NCBI GenBank assembly: GCA_030265395.1 | Contig: JARFYF010000074.1 | Span: forward strand, 12,988,846 to 13,052,845 | Source of the DNA: Rhina ancylostomus | Lineage: Eukaryota | DNA length: 64,000 bases | Direction: 5' to 3' | Program-made: the position numbers and the translations under genes | In this document: piece after piece, positions 24,931 through 38,719 of the stretch | How the letters are laid out: each line of letters starts with the position of its first letter | Position numbering within the stretch: the stretch's first letter is position 1 | Notes under the pieces: model-generated | The model's input: only the letters and a program-made list of their open reading frames with translations | Told to the model about the DNA's origin: nothing | Databases searched by the model: none

Positions 24931-27900
24931 CTGAAACAGAAACACTTCATTAATAACCTTTACTCAGTGCACACTGCAATGAAGTGCAGAATTTGGCAAT
25001 ATTGTTATCACGCTGTTAGGAACACAATTTAAGAATTATTAATCTCAGAGAAATTAAAATACAAATTATATTGCTTGACATGCTCACTGGTGAGATTGAA
25101 AATTATAATGACTCACCTAATTCATTAACTCAGCAACTTCTAATTTAAGTTTTTGTTCATTCTTATGAATTGTATTAAAGTTCTAAAAATAGTGCCTTGG
25201 ATTTTGCAGTGAACAGGAAGATAATGAACTCTAAAGCTATCCAATAGATTTAATGGGATGCAGAGAATTAACTCCCTCCTTTCTAGATTCAGATAGAATG
25301 TGGCAACGTTTCTCTTTTATTCATTAACAGTATAATTGCCAATAATTCTGCCTTTGCCAGAAATGCCAATGTGACAGTTTACTGAGCAACTGCAGACCTT
25401 CTGGTGAAGATCCACCATTAGGCTTAGGTAAGAAATACCAGGATTTAGACCCAACAATGAAGAGCAGCAACATGGTTCCGAGACAGGAGGAGAGGGGAAC
25501 TTGAAGTTATCTTCCCATGCAGTTGTGGCCCTCAACCTTCAAAGTCTTAGAAAATGACAATCAGGCTGGTGCTATTGAAAAAAAATCTTGCAGAGATGCT
25601 GTCGTCTTTTTTTTGTACATATTGGAACCACAGTGAGCTTGAGGCAGAGGGAGTGGTATTTAGAATGGAAAAGGTGATGCTCATTTTATGAGCTGTTTTG
25701 ATTAGGATAGTACTAAATCTTCAGGAATACTGTTGGAGCCGCACTCATCTGGGCAACTGGAGAGAATTCAATCACTTAACTGACATGATTTATAAATGGC
25801 AGAAAGATTTTGTGGAAATCAGAAAGCGAGTCACTCACTACAGGGTACACAACTTTCAACCTGTTCCCATCACCACAGCATGTGTGCAGCAAATCAAGTT
25901 ACCTTGGTCATCATATGGTTAGTCCCACCCCCAAAGGACTTTAATGGTGGGGGCCTCAATATTAAAAGACATTACTATTGCCAAGAGCAAGTTTGACCCT
26001 CTTGTTGGAAATGGTCATTACCAGGCACTTGTATAGTGCCAATGACACATGCTTCTTTTCAACCCATGCTTGAATTTTGTCTATATCTTGCTGCATGTAG
26101 GGATAGGCTATTTCCAGTTCCTGAGTTGTGCACAGAACTGAGCATTGGACAATCATCAAAGATTCCAATTGATGACCACACTCTAGTTGGATCTAGCATA
26201 CAGCCCTGAGGAACTCCTGTAGCAATGTGCTATGGCTGAGATATCCAGTACTTATAACAGCTTCCTTGTGTCAGATATGACTCTGGTCAATGGAGCCAAC
26301 TCCAAACTTATGCTGAGTCTTTGATGTTCCACAGACTCAAATTGGGTTGATTTCTAGGGCAGTCACTCTCTTTTCAGGGTGTTTTACTTAGCTTGGACCA
26401 GCCTAAGTCTGGAGTCAAGTGGTCCTGGTGAAACTCAAACNNNNNNNNNNNNNNNNNNNNNNNNNNNNNGCCACATGACATCAGTGTCAATGATACTTTC
26501 CATCATTTTGGCGATGGAATGACAGCAAAATGATGAACAATAATTGGCAAAATGAACAAGTCCTTTAAGTGGTAGGTCACATGTGGCCACGTTTGCACAA
26601 TGATGGATAGATGCTGTGCTAGAACAAAGACAACATTTTTTAAGGTAATCTACGATAGTCATCAATGGAATAAAGAGATCTCACAGTCAACAAAGAAAAT
26701 TCAGAACAGTTAAATCAATCTACATGGGCTTAAAGGAAGAGCTTCAAAAGATCCTTTCAATGTTCTTTTTGTACAATGTGACACTATGAAAAATTTATTT
26801 TGGGGGAGTTACAGTGCTTGTTCAGCAGGACTTTGTATCATTAAAAGCTCAGTCACCCCAGTATGAACAAATCTCTACATTTACATTTGGTTTTTACAGC
26901 AGATGTAGTCCATAAATATTTGAAGTTCATATTAATCCACAATTTTGTGCAGACTCCATCAACTTGCCAATTTAATATTAAGTTCTGACAATTTATGCAC
27001 TATAATTGCTCTAAAAACCAATGGAAATTTTAAGCCCTGGTCATTGCAAGTAGTAATAACAGGGCCTTTTATGCATTTAAATGCTTCCATATGATGCCAG
27101 AAGTTGTTGCCAGTTTTACAAAGTAATGACAGTGAGCACCGGCAGATTCACCATCAACAAGCACAAAATTCAGGCCAAGAAATATATCCAAAACAAAACT
27201 GCACCTTATTGCGTAAGTCCAGCATAATGAAAGTGAGGTACAAGCCTCAGGGGTGATAAAGTTCAGTTCCTTAACCATTACAGTTATGCACAAGAGTACA
27301 TAAAAATCACAAACAGACACTAACTCTCTCCCTTTCTCCTATTGCACACATTTCTCCATGTGTGATCCCACCAGTACCATGGGATGTNNNNNNNNNNNNN
27401 NNNNNNNNNNNNNNNNNNNNNNNNNNNNNNNNNNNNNNNNNNNNNNNNNNNNNNNNNNNNNNNNNNNNNNNNNNNNNNNNNNNNNNNNNTATCAGAAAAC
27501 TTTGATTGCATGCCATGAAACTACAAGTTGTGCCTTAAAAGGACCATTTCTCATGAGTTGCTGGTAGCATGAATTAATAGTTTATAGACAGTATAATCCA
27601 ATCGAAAGCAAGGATGACTGGCAACCTGTCTCCATAAAGCCTTGTTCCCTGGAGGGCACATGTACACTTGATGCTTCACCTCTCATTCAGTCTGACCTCA
27701 CTTTCCACTCACCTAGAATAAGCCATGCCACGGCTCTATATTTCTCTTGCAGTTTTGACTTCAGAGTAACAATTCTGCCAAAGGGTGCAGAAATAGAGAA
27801 ACACGAGCACAAAATGTGCAGAAATGTTTAATAAAGACAACAGGACAGGTTGAGAAAGCAATTGAAACAACATCTGAGATCCTGTGTTTTATAAATAGAT

Positions 27901-30299
27901 GCATAGAATACAAATACAAGAATGTTCTGCTGATTTTCTATAAAACCATGGTTTGGTTCTAACTTCAGTACTGTGTCCAATTCTGATCATTATAGGGAGG
28001 ATGCAAATGCACAGAAGAAAGTGCAGAAAACATTTGATAGAATGTTCCTGAGGAAGAGCATTTTCAGTTACACAGACTGGAAGAGGAGCAGAGAAGGTTG
28101 CAGGGTGATTTTTATTTTATTCATTCTTAAGATGTGGATAACACTGGAAATGCTGTGCATCTATCCTCCACAATAAATTGCCCCTAAACGGAGGAAGCTG
28201 TTCAGAGTTAATAATATTGTTGTGCCTGAAATCACATACAGGTCCTTCCCCACCAGCTTTTTTTTAATGCCAATGTACAGTTCATACATATGAATGAGCA
28301 CATGGGATGGATTTACAGGGCTGCAGGCAACGGTTCTTGACACTAGCTAAAATTTTGCTGCACTGAACCCAAGAAGAATACATTCTAGTTAACATGTTGA
28401 TGTCCATTTTATAAATCTTATCTGGAGACACACTGTACAGGCCAGCAGCAGTGTCCTTTTTAAACCTATCGATAGCATTTAACGTCTTGTCTGCAGTTTA
28501 AAAGAAAAATCTTTTAAAAGATTATAAGCTTGAGATAGGCTTGGGCTGAATTTTTAATACCAGCTTTATTATTAAGAATGCCAGAACAAGACTTAAGATG
28601 CTTCTCCAGACTATCTATTCCTATGGGGCAACCCACCTTAACAGGCAATTTCTGCCATGTGGGAATTTGGTTCACAGCCACATTTCTGATTTTCCAACTG
28701 TTTGGTTTATGAACAGTTCACAGGAACAGAAGCCTGTTATAACCTGGGGAGGACCTGTACAAGCAAGATCAGGCAAGGAAGGCAGATCTCCCTCCTTGGG
28801 GGACATTACTGAACAAGATCAGTTTTTATGGCAATCTGTTACTTTCATGATTAACTTACTTTTCCAGCCTTTTTTATGTGGAGTCCAAGACAACTGAAGT
28901 CAGTGACGTTGACACATCATCTCTTGATAATCAAAAGAATTAGTATTGCAAAGGCTCCCATCATCAAAGCCTTGATGGGTCTGGAGGGGGGTGGGGGTGG
29001 TGCTTGGAGGCCATATCATTGAAGAAGAACAAGTGAAGTTGCACATATATCATTACAAGAACAGATTTAAATTAGTGAATGACTCACATCCTGACTTGCC
29101 AAAACCTTCCTACAATCAATGCACCATGCAAGGACTGTATGAATTCTATCCAGTTGTCTGGATGAGTGCAGATCAAGCAACACTCAAATCTCAACACTAT
29201 CCAAATTATAAGCCCATTTACTTGACAGCCTCTGCTCCACTTCCACTGTTTCCAGCATGTACCATCTACAAAAAAAAACACTTCAGCAATTCTGCAGGGT
29301 TTCAACAGCACCATCCAAAATGGCAACTTCTAACTTGAAGAACAAGGGAAATAGGAATACGAGAAGGTAGAATCTGATCAAGAATGACAAGTAGCAGCCT
29401 TGGCAACATTGACATCAACGGACATCAAGAGGAGAAGATACTCCATAGACTGCAGTGATACTGAACACTGAATGATTGTGGTTGCTGGAGGTCAACTATC
29501 TCAGCCTCTGACCAACCCAAGAGTTCCTCAGGGAAATGTCCTGACCCAATCATCTTTAGCTGCTTCAGGTGTTGACCTTCAAGGTGGGTCTGTTCACTCA
29601 TGAATCAAATGCATAATGCATCTCCTCAGATCAATCAGCAACTTCTGCTCACTTGCAGCAAGATTTGGTCAATATTCAAGCTTCAGCTAACAGTTGGCAC
29701 CAAGTATGCATATCAGAGCCAGACAATGACTAACTTCCCCAAAGAAAATTCTAACCACTTCCCTTTGACATTCAACATTCAATACAGAATTTGTGTGGGG
29801 GAAATCCTGCTTCACTATTTGGACTGAGTTTTTTTTTAGGTAACCAAGAAGATTGATGAAGGCAAGGAGGTATTCATTGTCTATAACAGACTTTAGTAAG
29901 GCACTTGACAAGATCTCACATGGTGGGCTGGTCAAGGTGGTTAAGATTAGTATAGATGGGCAAAAAAGGTTAGCATGGAAGTAGTGGGTCAGCCTATTTC
30001 AGTGCTGTGCAACTCCATAATTCTATGATTAATTCCCCACCATCAATATCCTCAGAATCACAAATACATGGACCTAACTGGGTCAGCCACAAAAAAGTAA
30101 ATCATTGCTAGAAAAGATGGCTGGAGTCCGGATTTTAAGGTGAGTGACTCCCCAAACGTTTTCCACTTTCTATAACATATTTCAGAAACGATGAGTTGTA
30201 ATACTTATCTACATGATAATATGAAAAATGCCATTCATTTAAAAGAAGAAATCCAATCTGGCTAATTACTGCTCAGTTGACTTTTAATTACAAATGACA

Positions 30300-31680
30300 A
30301 AAGGTGTCATCACTGCTGTCAAGCTATATTTAGTCACGATCTGCTCAACAATTGCCAGTTAGTTTCACCAGGACCACTCAGTTCCAAACCAAATATGGAC
30401 TAAAGAACTGAATCTAAAGACAAGGAGGGTGTCTCTTGGTATCAAGGAAGCATGTGACCAAGTGTGGCATCAAGTATCCTATCTACAAAATGCACCCAAA
30501 CCCGTGACCTATGTAGTACCAGTGCAGTAGTGACATGAAAACATTACCATTGCAAATCCAAAAATATCAATTTGCAAACAGAAGTTAATCAGCATCAACT
30601 GGAACACATTTCAATGGTTAGAGCCAAGCCTGGCACAGAAAAAGATCACAGTGTCTGTTGGAGGTCAATCATCCCAGCCCCAGTACACCACCACAAGTGT
30701 CCTGGGCCCAACCATCCTTAGCTGCTTCAGCAATGAACTTCCTTCCAAAAGGAAAGGAGGAGGAATATTTAGTGCTAACAGTATAATGTTCAATCTTCAG
30801 AAAATGAAGCAGTCTACATTTGTGTACAGCGAGACCTATTCAACATTCAAGCATGGACTGATAACCATAGAACAATGCAGCACAATAAAGGCCCTTCGGC
30901 CCACCATGTTGCGCCACCCATCAAACCATACTTCACACTATCTAACCCTTTCCTTCCACATATCCCTCTATCCCACAATCCACCANNNNNNNNNNNNNNN
31001 NNNNNNNNNNNNNNNNNNNNNNNNNNNNNNNNNNNNNNNNNNNNNNNNNNNNNNNNNNNNNNNNNNNNNNNNNNNNNNNNNNNNNCTATCATGTCTCCCT
31101 TCATCCTCCTCCTCTCCAGTGAGTAAAGCCCTAGCACCTTAAGCCTCTCCTCATATTCCATATGCTCTAACCCAGGCAGCATCCTGGTAAATCTCCTCTG
31201 CACCCTCTCCAATGCCTCCACATCCTTCCTATAATGCGGAAGTGGCAAGCAATATTAGCCCCACCTCCCATTGGTATTCAATGCAAAAGTACCATAGAGA
31301 ACACACAGTCAACACCCTCTGGGTCACCACTGAGCAGAAACTCAACTGGACCAGCTACACAAAAAGCAGATTCAAGGCCAGGTAGCCTGTTGCAAGTGAA
31401 TCACCTCCAACATTCAGAGACTCCAAAGCCCTTTCCACCATCTACAGGACTCAATGTCAGAGAGTGGGGAGGGAGTAGCAGATGGTGATAGAAAACGTTC
31501 TGCTTGCCTGGAGTAATGTAGTTCCAGCAATACTCCATAATGTCAACACAATCTAGAATAAGGCAGCCTGCTCATTTGGCACCCCCCTATGCCACCCAAA
31601 TATTCATTCTTTCCACGCTACAACATGTACCATCTACAAAATGCAGCACACCTCCCAAACTAATGAACAATAACAAAAAA
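30300..31680 (+). mobile_element. Older LINE RT fragment (CR1/L2/Jockey group) interrupted by a young CR1
   Basis: VSVGGQSSQP...SVLGPTILSCFSNELPS; related copies at about 29400-29800 (+) and 25330-26440 (-). Confidence 0.65.
30864..31240 (-). mobile_element. Young 5'-truncated CR1 LINE (contains an N-gap)
   Basis: Intact frame PHYRKDVEALERVQRRFTRMLPGLEHMEYEERLKVLGLYSLERRRMKGDMI; tail gttctatggtt. Confidence 0.9.
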
Positions 31681-33049
31681 TAAAAACATTTAGGAGTTCA
31701 ACAATGTGCAGCACATAGAATTGGATTTGACAAACTTAATTCACGACCTTAAGCATCAACTCTCTTCACAACCAGTGCACAATTCACCATCGTTTCTTGT
31801 ATGGAACCTTTGTGCAGCCATCACTTCTGCCACTCAGAAAAAATGTACCTGGATACACCAACACTATCAAGTTCCCATCCACCTCAAATGTCACACAGAT
31901 TAGAAAATACATTTTGGTTGGGAGAAAAAAAATTGTATCAAAATCCTGCAACTCATTTCAACAACAATACCTTCAACATATGACTACATAAGTTCATAAA
32001 TCCTGCTCATACCTTTTCAAAGGAAAGGTATGAATGCCCATCCTAATTCCTTCCCCACAAGGAAGAAATCTCCTCAGGTGGCACAGAGATAAAAATTGTT
32101 TGATAACACTTCTGTTGAGGGTCTTGAGATATTACTTTAAAGACACTAGATAAATACAAGTTACTGTTGCTGCATTTCAACATTTTTATAAGACCTTGTC
32201 AGCTTTAAAATGATTTAGAAGGACGTGGGAAATTCTATAAAATGTGGAGTCAGGGTTACATAACATGGAAACAACTCCATTGTCCTAACTTGTACATGCC
32301 AACCAAGGTGCCTTCCTGAGCTTATGCCATTTGCCTGCATTTGGTCCATATACAAACTTTCCTAACCAAATCCATATTTTCTTGGTAGGGAAACATTTCA
32401 GCTGCTCCTGAAGCCTCCCCCAATTTAGAACCCAACTCCTGCATGCTCCTCTCTCATGCTTGGATAATTCTATCCAATACCCATGCCTCATCATGGGTCT
32501 CATCAGTAGATCAAAATAATCACAACCCTGTTGGGCTCTTCAGTTGAATGCAAGATTAAAGTACAAGTCCAGGACTGTCTCTTTACCTCAGATAAGTTTT
32601 GTTTGCGTGGACCATAAATATCCTCAAAATGAGGAGACAAGCAGTTTGCAAACATTGTGGGATGCTCCCCCTTTCTCTGTTTACACCAGTTTAATCCTCT
32701 TACCGAGTCTCCCCCATTAAATCCCTCAACTGCTAAACTACATATTTCATACTATCTCAAGAGCCTCCCCCCTTGTTGTGGGGCTCTGGTGAAGCTGAGA
32801 TCATGGCTAGACTGAGACACGCCATTGTCAACTTTAATTCTTCCCAATCATTTAATCCGTGAAACACGTTATTTGTGGACATCAAATAATTCATGTGGAT
32901 TTTGATGCAGCTCAAAGACAGTCCTACTTTTAGTTTCACCCCCCCCCCACCCAAAGGATTTCAATACTGATTTTTGTATGGAGTGTGAGTTAAATTTAGA
33001 GAATAATAGGCTGTAGAAAATATTCCTACCCTTCCAACACCAATATCCT

Positions 33050-34290
33050 AGCTTTGTTCATAACAGGTGAAACTTTACAGGTACAACTAAATCAGAATAA
33101 ATTCTGGAGCTGTGAATCGTGTATAGAGTGCTATGTAGTGAAGCTGCAGCATGCAGACAATGCATATATTTGTCCATGCTTAGAAGCCAGTCTCCAAGCC
33201 ATCAATGACTCTTTCACTAAAGCACATGACAGGATGGGCTTTACATTCAATATCCCTATAACCAAAGCCCTCCAGCCTGTCACCCCACTGCACAGCACCA
33301 CCCTTCCACAATAAAGATTCATGGTGAGACCTGGAAAGCCTAGACCACTTCGCACAATCTTGGAAGTCACCTATCAGCCAAGGCAGAAAATGATGATGAA
33401 ATTCATCATGTTCAATGTGCCAGCACAGCCTTTGGTTGATTGAGGAAAGGAGTGTTTGCAGCACAAGGCTTCAAACCTACTACAAACTTATGATTTACCA
33501 GTTAGCAGTGATCCCTGCCCTATTTGTTTTAAGACTTGGACTACCTATAACAGATGAAAGACGCAACCAAATTCACTGGAAGGAAAAGCAAACCAATGCA
33601 ATTATCCTCTTCCCAGGTTGACATTGCCAGCACTGCGGCCTGACGGAACTCAGTCAGCTCTGTCAGTCAAGCCACATTATTCACATGCCCAATACCAGAT
33701 TCCCACAGCAGAGCTATACAGTTCTGTCACATAAAAAGATTACCAGGTAGATGGAGGAAAATATTCATGGATATATCAAAGCATCCTTGAAACAAATGCA
33801 ACATCCCCACCGACTCTTGGGAATTCCTGGCCCATGACTGCTCAGTGGAGAAGAAGCATTTGAGATGGCGCAATTAAACTCCCTTAATCCAGGAAGCTCA
33901 GGACTCTTCCTGATTATTGTGTGTTTTTCCTATTAATACCCCCAAAACACTAAATTTCCTTTAAAACATTATAACAGATTTTTCAAGGACCCCAGCGAGA
34001 GTTCCAAGGGAGCGCTGGAAGCTGGGTCCTGGCGAGTCAGATACCAAAACATCAGGATAATTGGATGCCAGATTACTGATGTTTTACTTCTTGAAGAACT
34101 TGGAGTCCATGCACAGGAAGTACTAAGTCCTGCTTGAACAGCAGAAAGAGTGCATCATCATAAACCACCCACCTGCCCCATTTGTGGAATAGTCCTCAGT
34201 TTTAAATTTGTCTCATCAGCCACCTCAGGACTCAAAGAAAAATTGGATTGGAACCATATCATCCTCAATTCCAAGCGAATAACTGAGAAG
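33050..34290 (+). mobile_element. RTE-clade LINE 3' part
   Basis: VVKLQHADNA (decayed YADD), C.IPTDSWEFLA, and a terminal CPICG zinc-finger remnant at about 34170. Confidence 0.78.
33870..34089. mobile_element. Small Tigger/MITE-like insertion nested in the RTE
   Basis: Ends caattaaactcccttaatccag and ccagattactgatgttttact are imperfect inverted repeats; RTE sequence resumes on both sides. Confidence 0.5.
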
Positions 34291-34524
34291 ATGCTTTCTT
34301 ATGTGAACGCCAGTAAATTTTTTGATTTGACCAATATTCTGTATAATGTAGCTTAATTGAAATCTCCTGATTATCTTTTTGGCATCATCATGATGAAAAT
34401 TCAACATGTAATACATTTGACTTGCATGCACACAACCAAAGCGTCAACAGCCCATGATCAAAGAAAAAAAGCTAACAAAGAATTGAAATCTCAGTAATGA
34501 AGTATTAAGTATGTAACATTAAGC

Positions 34525-34705
34525 ACTGCTGGAAATTTGACATAAAAAACAAAAATATCCGAGATACTCAGAAGGTCCATCAGCATCAGTGGAAACAGCA
34601 ACACAAGTTAACCTTACTTCAATTTTAAGTAATATTAACCTGAAACATTAACTCTGCCCACAGATGCTACCTGACCTCAATTAGGTTCCAGCACTTTTGG
34701 TTTTC
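34525..34705. mobile_element. Inverted pair of Penelope-derived termini
   Basis: actcagaaggtccatcagcatcagtgg...gttaac (minus copy) faces acctgaaacattaact...cacagatgctacctgacct (plus copy). Confidence 0.6.
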
Positions 34706-34864
34706 ATGGAAGCATACAATTATTACAAAATACAATAGGAGCCAAGACATCCAGTGAGATAGTCATATAAACCAAGACACTAACATTATTGGTTATACAC
34801 ATCAAAGCACTTGAAATCAGAATTGCTATCATCCTGGGTTTATGAGAAGTGCAAGGCAACTTAC

Positions 34865-34996
34865 ATTCTGAAGTTGCGTATGGTGGATACTGTGGTAAAG
34901 GTGGGGGCCGTAATCCGGGTGGTGGCAAATTGGGTACTGTACCAGTCCCAGAGACTTCAATACCATCTATACTGTTTTTTGAAATTGGATGTGGTC
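34865..34996 (-). CDS. RBM27: RBM27 exon 8, 132 nt
   Basis: tttatag|GA CCA CAT ... TCA GAA T|gtaagt; GPHPISKNSIDGIEVSGTGTVPNLPPPGLRPPPLPQYPPYATSE. Confidence 0.92.
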
Positions 34997-37414
34997 CTAT
35001 AAAGGAAACATGGAACATATTTTCATGTCTTTTAAATCACAAATATGTAAAATTGATAACAAAGCAAAAATATTCTCTCATTTATTCTGCATATATCCAT
35101 TTTAAATTCCTATCAGCTTCATCACATTAACCCCATTCACATTAGTTAGGATGCCTGAAGATTGTGTGCAGTTGCACGAGTAGAGAGGTTTTACAAACAA
35201 GGCAAAAGAATAAAGTCAATAAAATGTACATTAACTATATGACACAGCCAATGCAACTCGACAGTAAAATAATTCCTCTCTCAAACTGATTCAGACATTT
35301 TATTTAAATCGTAATAGGAGCACAATCAGGACATTTAACCATTTGAGTCTCTGTCATTCATCAAAATCATGTCCAATTTTCAACCTCAAATCTCTTTCCC
35401 TTAATTCCAGAAATGTGTCACTCATCATTTTGGATGAATTCAGTTTTCAGAGCACTCACGAGTAGAGATTTCCATAAGATTTATTATCCATTATTTGACT
35501 CTCTGCGCATCTCTATCCTAGATGGTCTACACTTATTCTGAAACTTTGACCTTTAGCTCTAGATTCTTAAAAGGAAGTTCCTTTAAAGGAATTCTACTTT
35601 TATTCAATGGTCAGAGATCCAGATAGCCATGCTTTGACTGAGACAAAGCTGTTTCTGTCAGGGAATTGAGCTCTGGTCTCACTCGCAAAAGGCAGAGACA
35701 CTAACCACAATATTAATGAGGAACTTGAGAAATTCAGTGGCCTGGGGAATAGAAGCAGTTATGTACTCTTCTAAACTGACCATATGTTCTGATATTGCTT
35801 GTGCAGGAGGCTTCCTTCGCAAGTCTACCATTTAATAAAATACAGGAGGGAAGCCATGATATCATCCTTGATTGCCATGTGTGAGATCACTCAGCCAGAT
35901 CACAATGACAGGCAGCTGGCAGTTCTGCAGAGAACNNNNNNNNNNNNNNNNNNNNNNNNNNNNNNNNNNNNNNNNNNNNATAATACAATATACAAGCACA
36001 GAACACGTCACAAGAAGGTACAGGTACATCTGACCTCTTGCTTCAAAGACTTTCCTTTAAGTCTGGGACATTCCATGACAAAATCAAAAGTTCTAATAAT
36101 TTTTTTCCATTTAACTGCTCAATTTTATGCGAACCAAAGCTGGCATATATACCACCGCCACATTTAGTTGAAATGAGTCTGCAAACCACTTGAAAAAAAT
36201 TAGTTTTATTTTAAATATTTAATTGTATATGTTTTCAAATATTAAAAATATTGAATTTGCTTAAAATCAATTAAAACTTTGCAAAAAGTCTTTCATAAAT
36301 CAAACGATGCTGGCTTTCGACACAAGAAGTAGTGAAAAGTCCTTTGTGTGGTGCTATGTGCAGAGACAAAGGATGCGATGCCCAGATACCTGGTTGCAAT
36401 GTGCACCCTCCTCTAATCAGAGGCTGCAGAATTTAAGCTTCAAGGTTGTTTGGCATCACGTGGCTGCAGAAGGGACAGCACAGCCATAAGGTTAGGGTGA
36501 GAGGCCAAGCATAAGCAACAAAATGAATCAAATGTAATCAGACTCATTTTGTCCTCCATGTGTTGTTTATCTTATTCCCAAGATACATTAGGATAAACTA
36601 AATGGCAACAGAGGGAATATTATGCAGCTTAGCCCATTTAGATAAGATTTTCCCCAGTGCAGTCTGTCAATCAGCTCATGAACTCTTCACTCTACACAAC
36701 AATTTTGGTAGCAAGCAAATTTGGGTAGAAACAGGCCACTGGAAATGCTTGGGACAAAAAAAAACAGTAAAACACCTGGTTTCTTTTCCTTTTATTGTTC
36801 GAGAGATGACATCTGTTTGCTACCATGCAAAATCATGAAGCATAGTTCTCTTCCATCCACCAATGCAAGAACATTAATAACAGCAGGAGAATCAGGCCTA
36901 CTGGCCTTCCAGAACTAACTATACCTAATATTCCACCCCAACTATCCATAATTCCTCATTTTCCCAAGTATCCAGATTACTATCAACCTTATTCTCAAAA
37001 ATTTAATGACAGGGCATTCACAGCCCTCTCTGCAGAGAATTCCAAGGATTCATTGTCTTTTGAGTGAAAAATTTATCACCTCAGTCTCAAAGGCTGACTC
37101 CTTATAATGTCATTCCTAATATTCTTTTCCATCTAGTTTTATAACTGTCATCTCTCATTNNNNNNNNNNCTTCTCTGCATTTATTTTTTAAAAACTTAAT
37201 GGGCTTATGATTTCATTGAAATGTCCTTTCATTCTTCTAAACTTCAGGGAATGTAGGCCTGGTAAACTCAAATCTCCTGTCACAGAATTATAACCTCATC
37301 CTGGAAAGTCTAAGAACTTCTGCCCTTTCATGCATCCTTTAATAAGGAGATCAAAACTGCATTGCAGGAGCAATGTCTCCAAAGGGCCTATATTATTGGA
37401 GTAAAACTTCCTTA

Positions 37415-37710
37415 CTCATGCATTGGGTAGAAGATACAGGAGTCTGAGGGTAAGTATCACCAAACTTAAGGANNNNNNNNNNNNNNNNNNNNNNNNNNNN
37501 NNNNNNNNNNNNNNNNNNNNNNNNNNNNNNNNNNNNNNNNNNNNNNNNNNNNNNNNNNNNNNNNNNNNNNNNNNNNNNNNNNNNNNNNNNNNNNNNNNNN
37601 NNNNNNNNNNNNNNNNNNNNNNNNNNGTAATGAATTGATCTGTACAATCAGTATGCAAGACAAGTTTTTCACTGTACCTTGGTACAAGTGACAATAATAA
37701 ACCAATACTT
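37415..37710 (+). mobile_element. Rex1/Babar LINE 3' end (with N-gap)
   Basis: GRRYRSLRVSITKLK; tail tttcactgtaccttggtacaagtgacaataataaacc. Confidence 0.75.
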
Positions 37711-38719
37711 CAATCTGCTCGTTTAAAAAAAACTTCTGTATCATTGCTGTACTAACTGCCTACATGTCAACTTTGTTTATTGGTCAAAGGATACTTTAAG
37801 TTCCTCCCTTCAGAGAGGAAAAAAGTTTCAAGTAAAGTACATAGCTTCATGCATCTCCATACTATATTCCAACTGGCACAAGTTTGGTCATCCATTTAGC
37901 CAGCTCCTGGATCTGCAGCTATTTACCACACCCTCTGCACCTTCGTAACACTGTTGAACTTGTGAACATATTACATATAATTATCCTTGGTTCCATAAGA
38001 TGGATGAGGGCATTGCATGTCGTCATCGTCAAGTCATTAACATAGATTGTCAACAGCTGAGATCCAAACAATGATCCTTACGGTACACTGCTAGTTATAG
38101 CCTGACAATTTGAAATCATTTGTTTATTGCTTCTAAACCTTAACCAACCCTCTATTTTAATATATTAACTCCAATCTCAAGCCTTATATTTGTGTAATAA
38201 GCTGTGTGGAAACTTAATAAATGCTAAGTGAAAATCCAAATAAGCAAGTAAATTGCTTTCCATGTCATCTACCCGGTCAACATTCTACTGATTTTTTTTT
38301 CCCAACTATTTACAGATTGTCAGATTATTTAACCTTCATAGTGTGGATCCGGCCTATTCAAATTGGCTTAGATTTTGTGATTTAAATGATGGCAAAATTA
38401 ACAATGCCAGGATGTCCATACTTTAACTGTTTAACACAAGAATCCAAAAGCAATTCGTCACAGACTATGACTGAAAGTTTATACCATAATTGAGGGAAAT
38501 TCATGAATTGATAAAAAAAGTCTGGAAAATTCTAAGTTTTGTAGCATGTACTGCAAATTAAGTTTTCTAGCTTATTCTCATTCTCACTGCTGGCTCCATC
38601 CCAATTTCGAGTATCCTTTGTGAAATTTAAAACTTATTAACCCTTGCCCCTCATCCCCCGATCCTCCAATACAAAGCTTCCTATTCTTTTAGCAATCATA
38701 TAAACCTTGCATATGGACA

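Noticed and set aside
26470-27300. Unique-looking stretch with FGGVTVLVQQDF, reminiscent of Helitron/PIF1 helicase motif III
   Set aside because: Only one motif; no Walker A or DE motif at the expected spacing, and many stops. A tBLASTn/HMM search against Helitron helicases would be needed.
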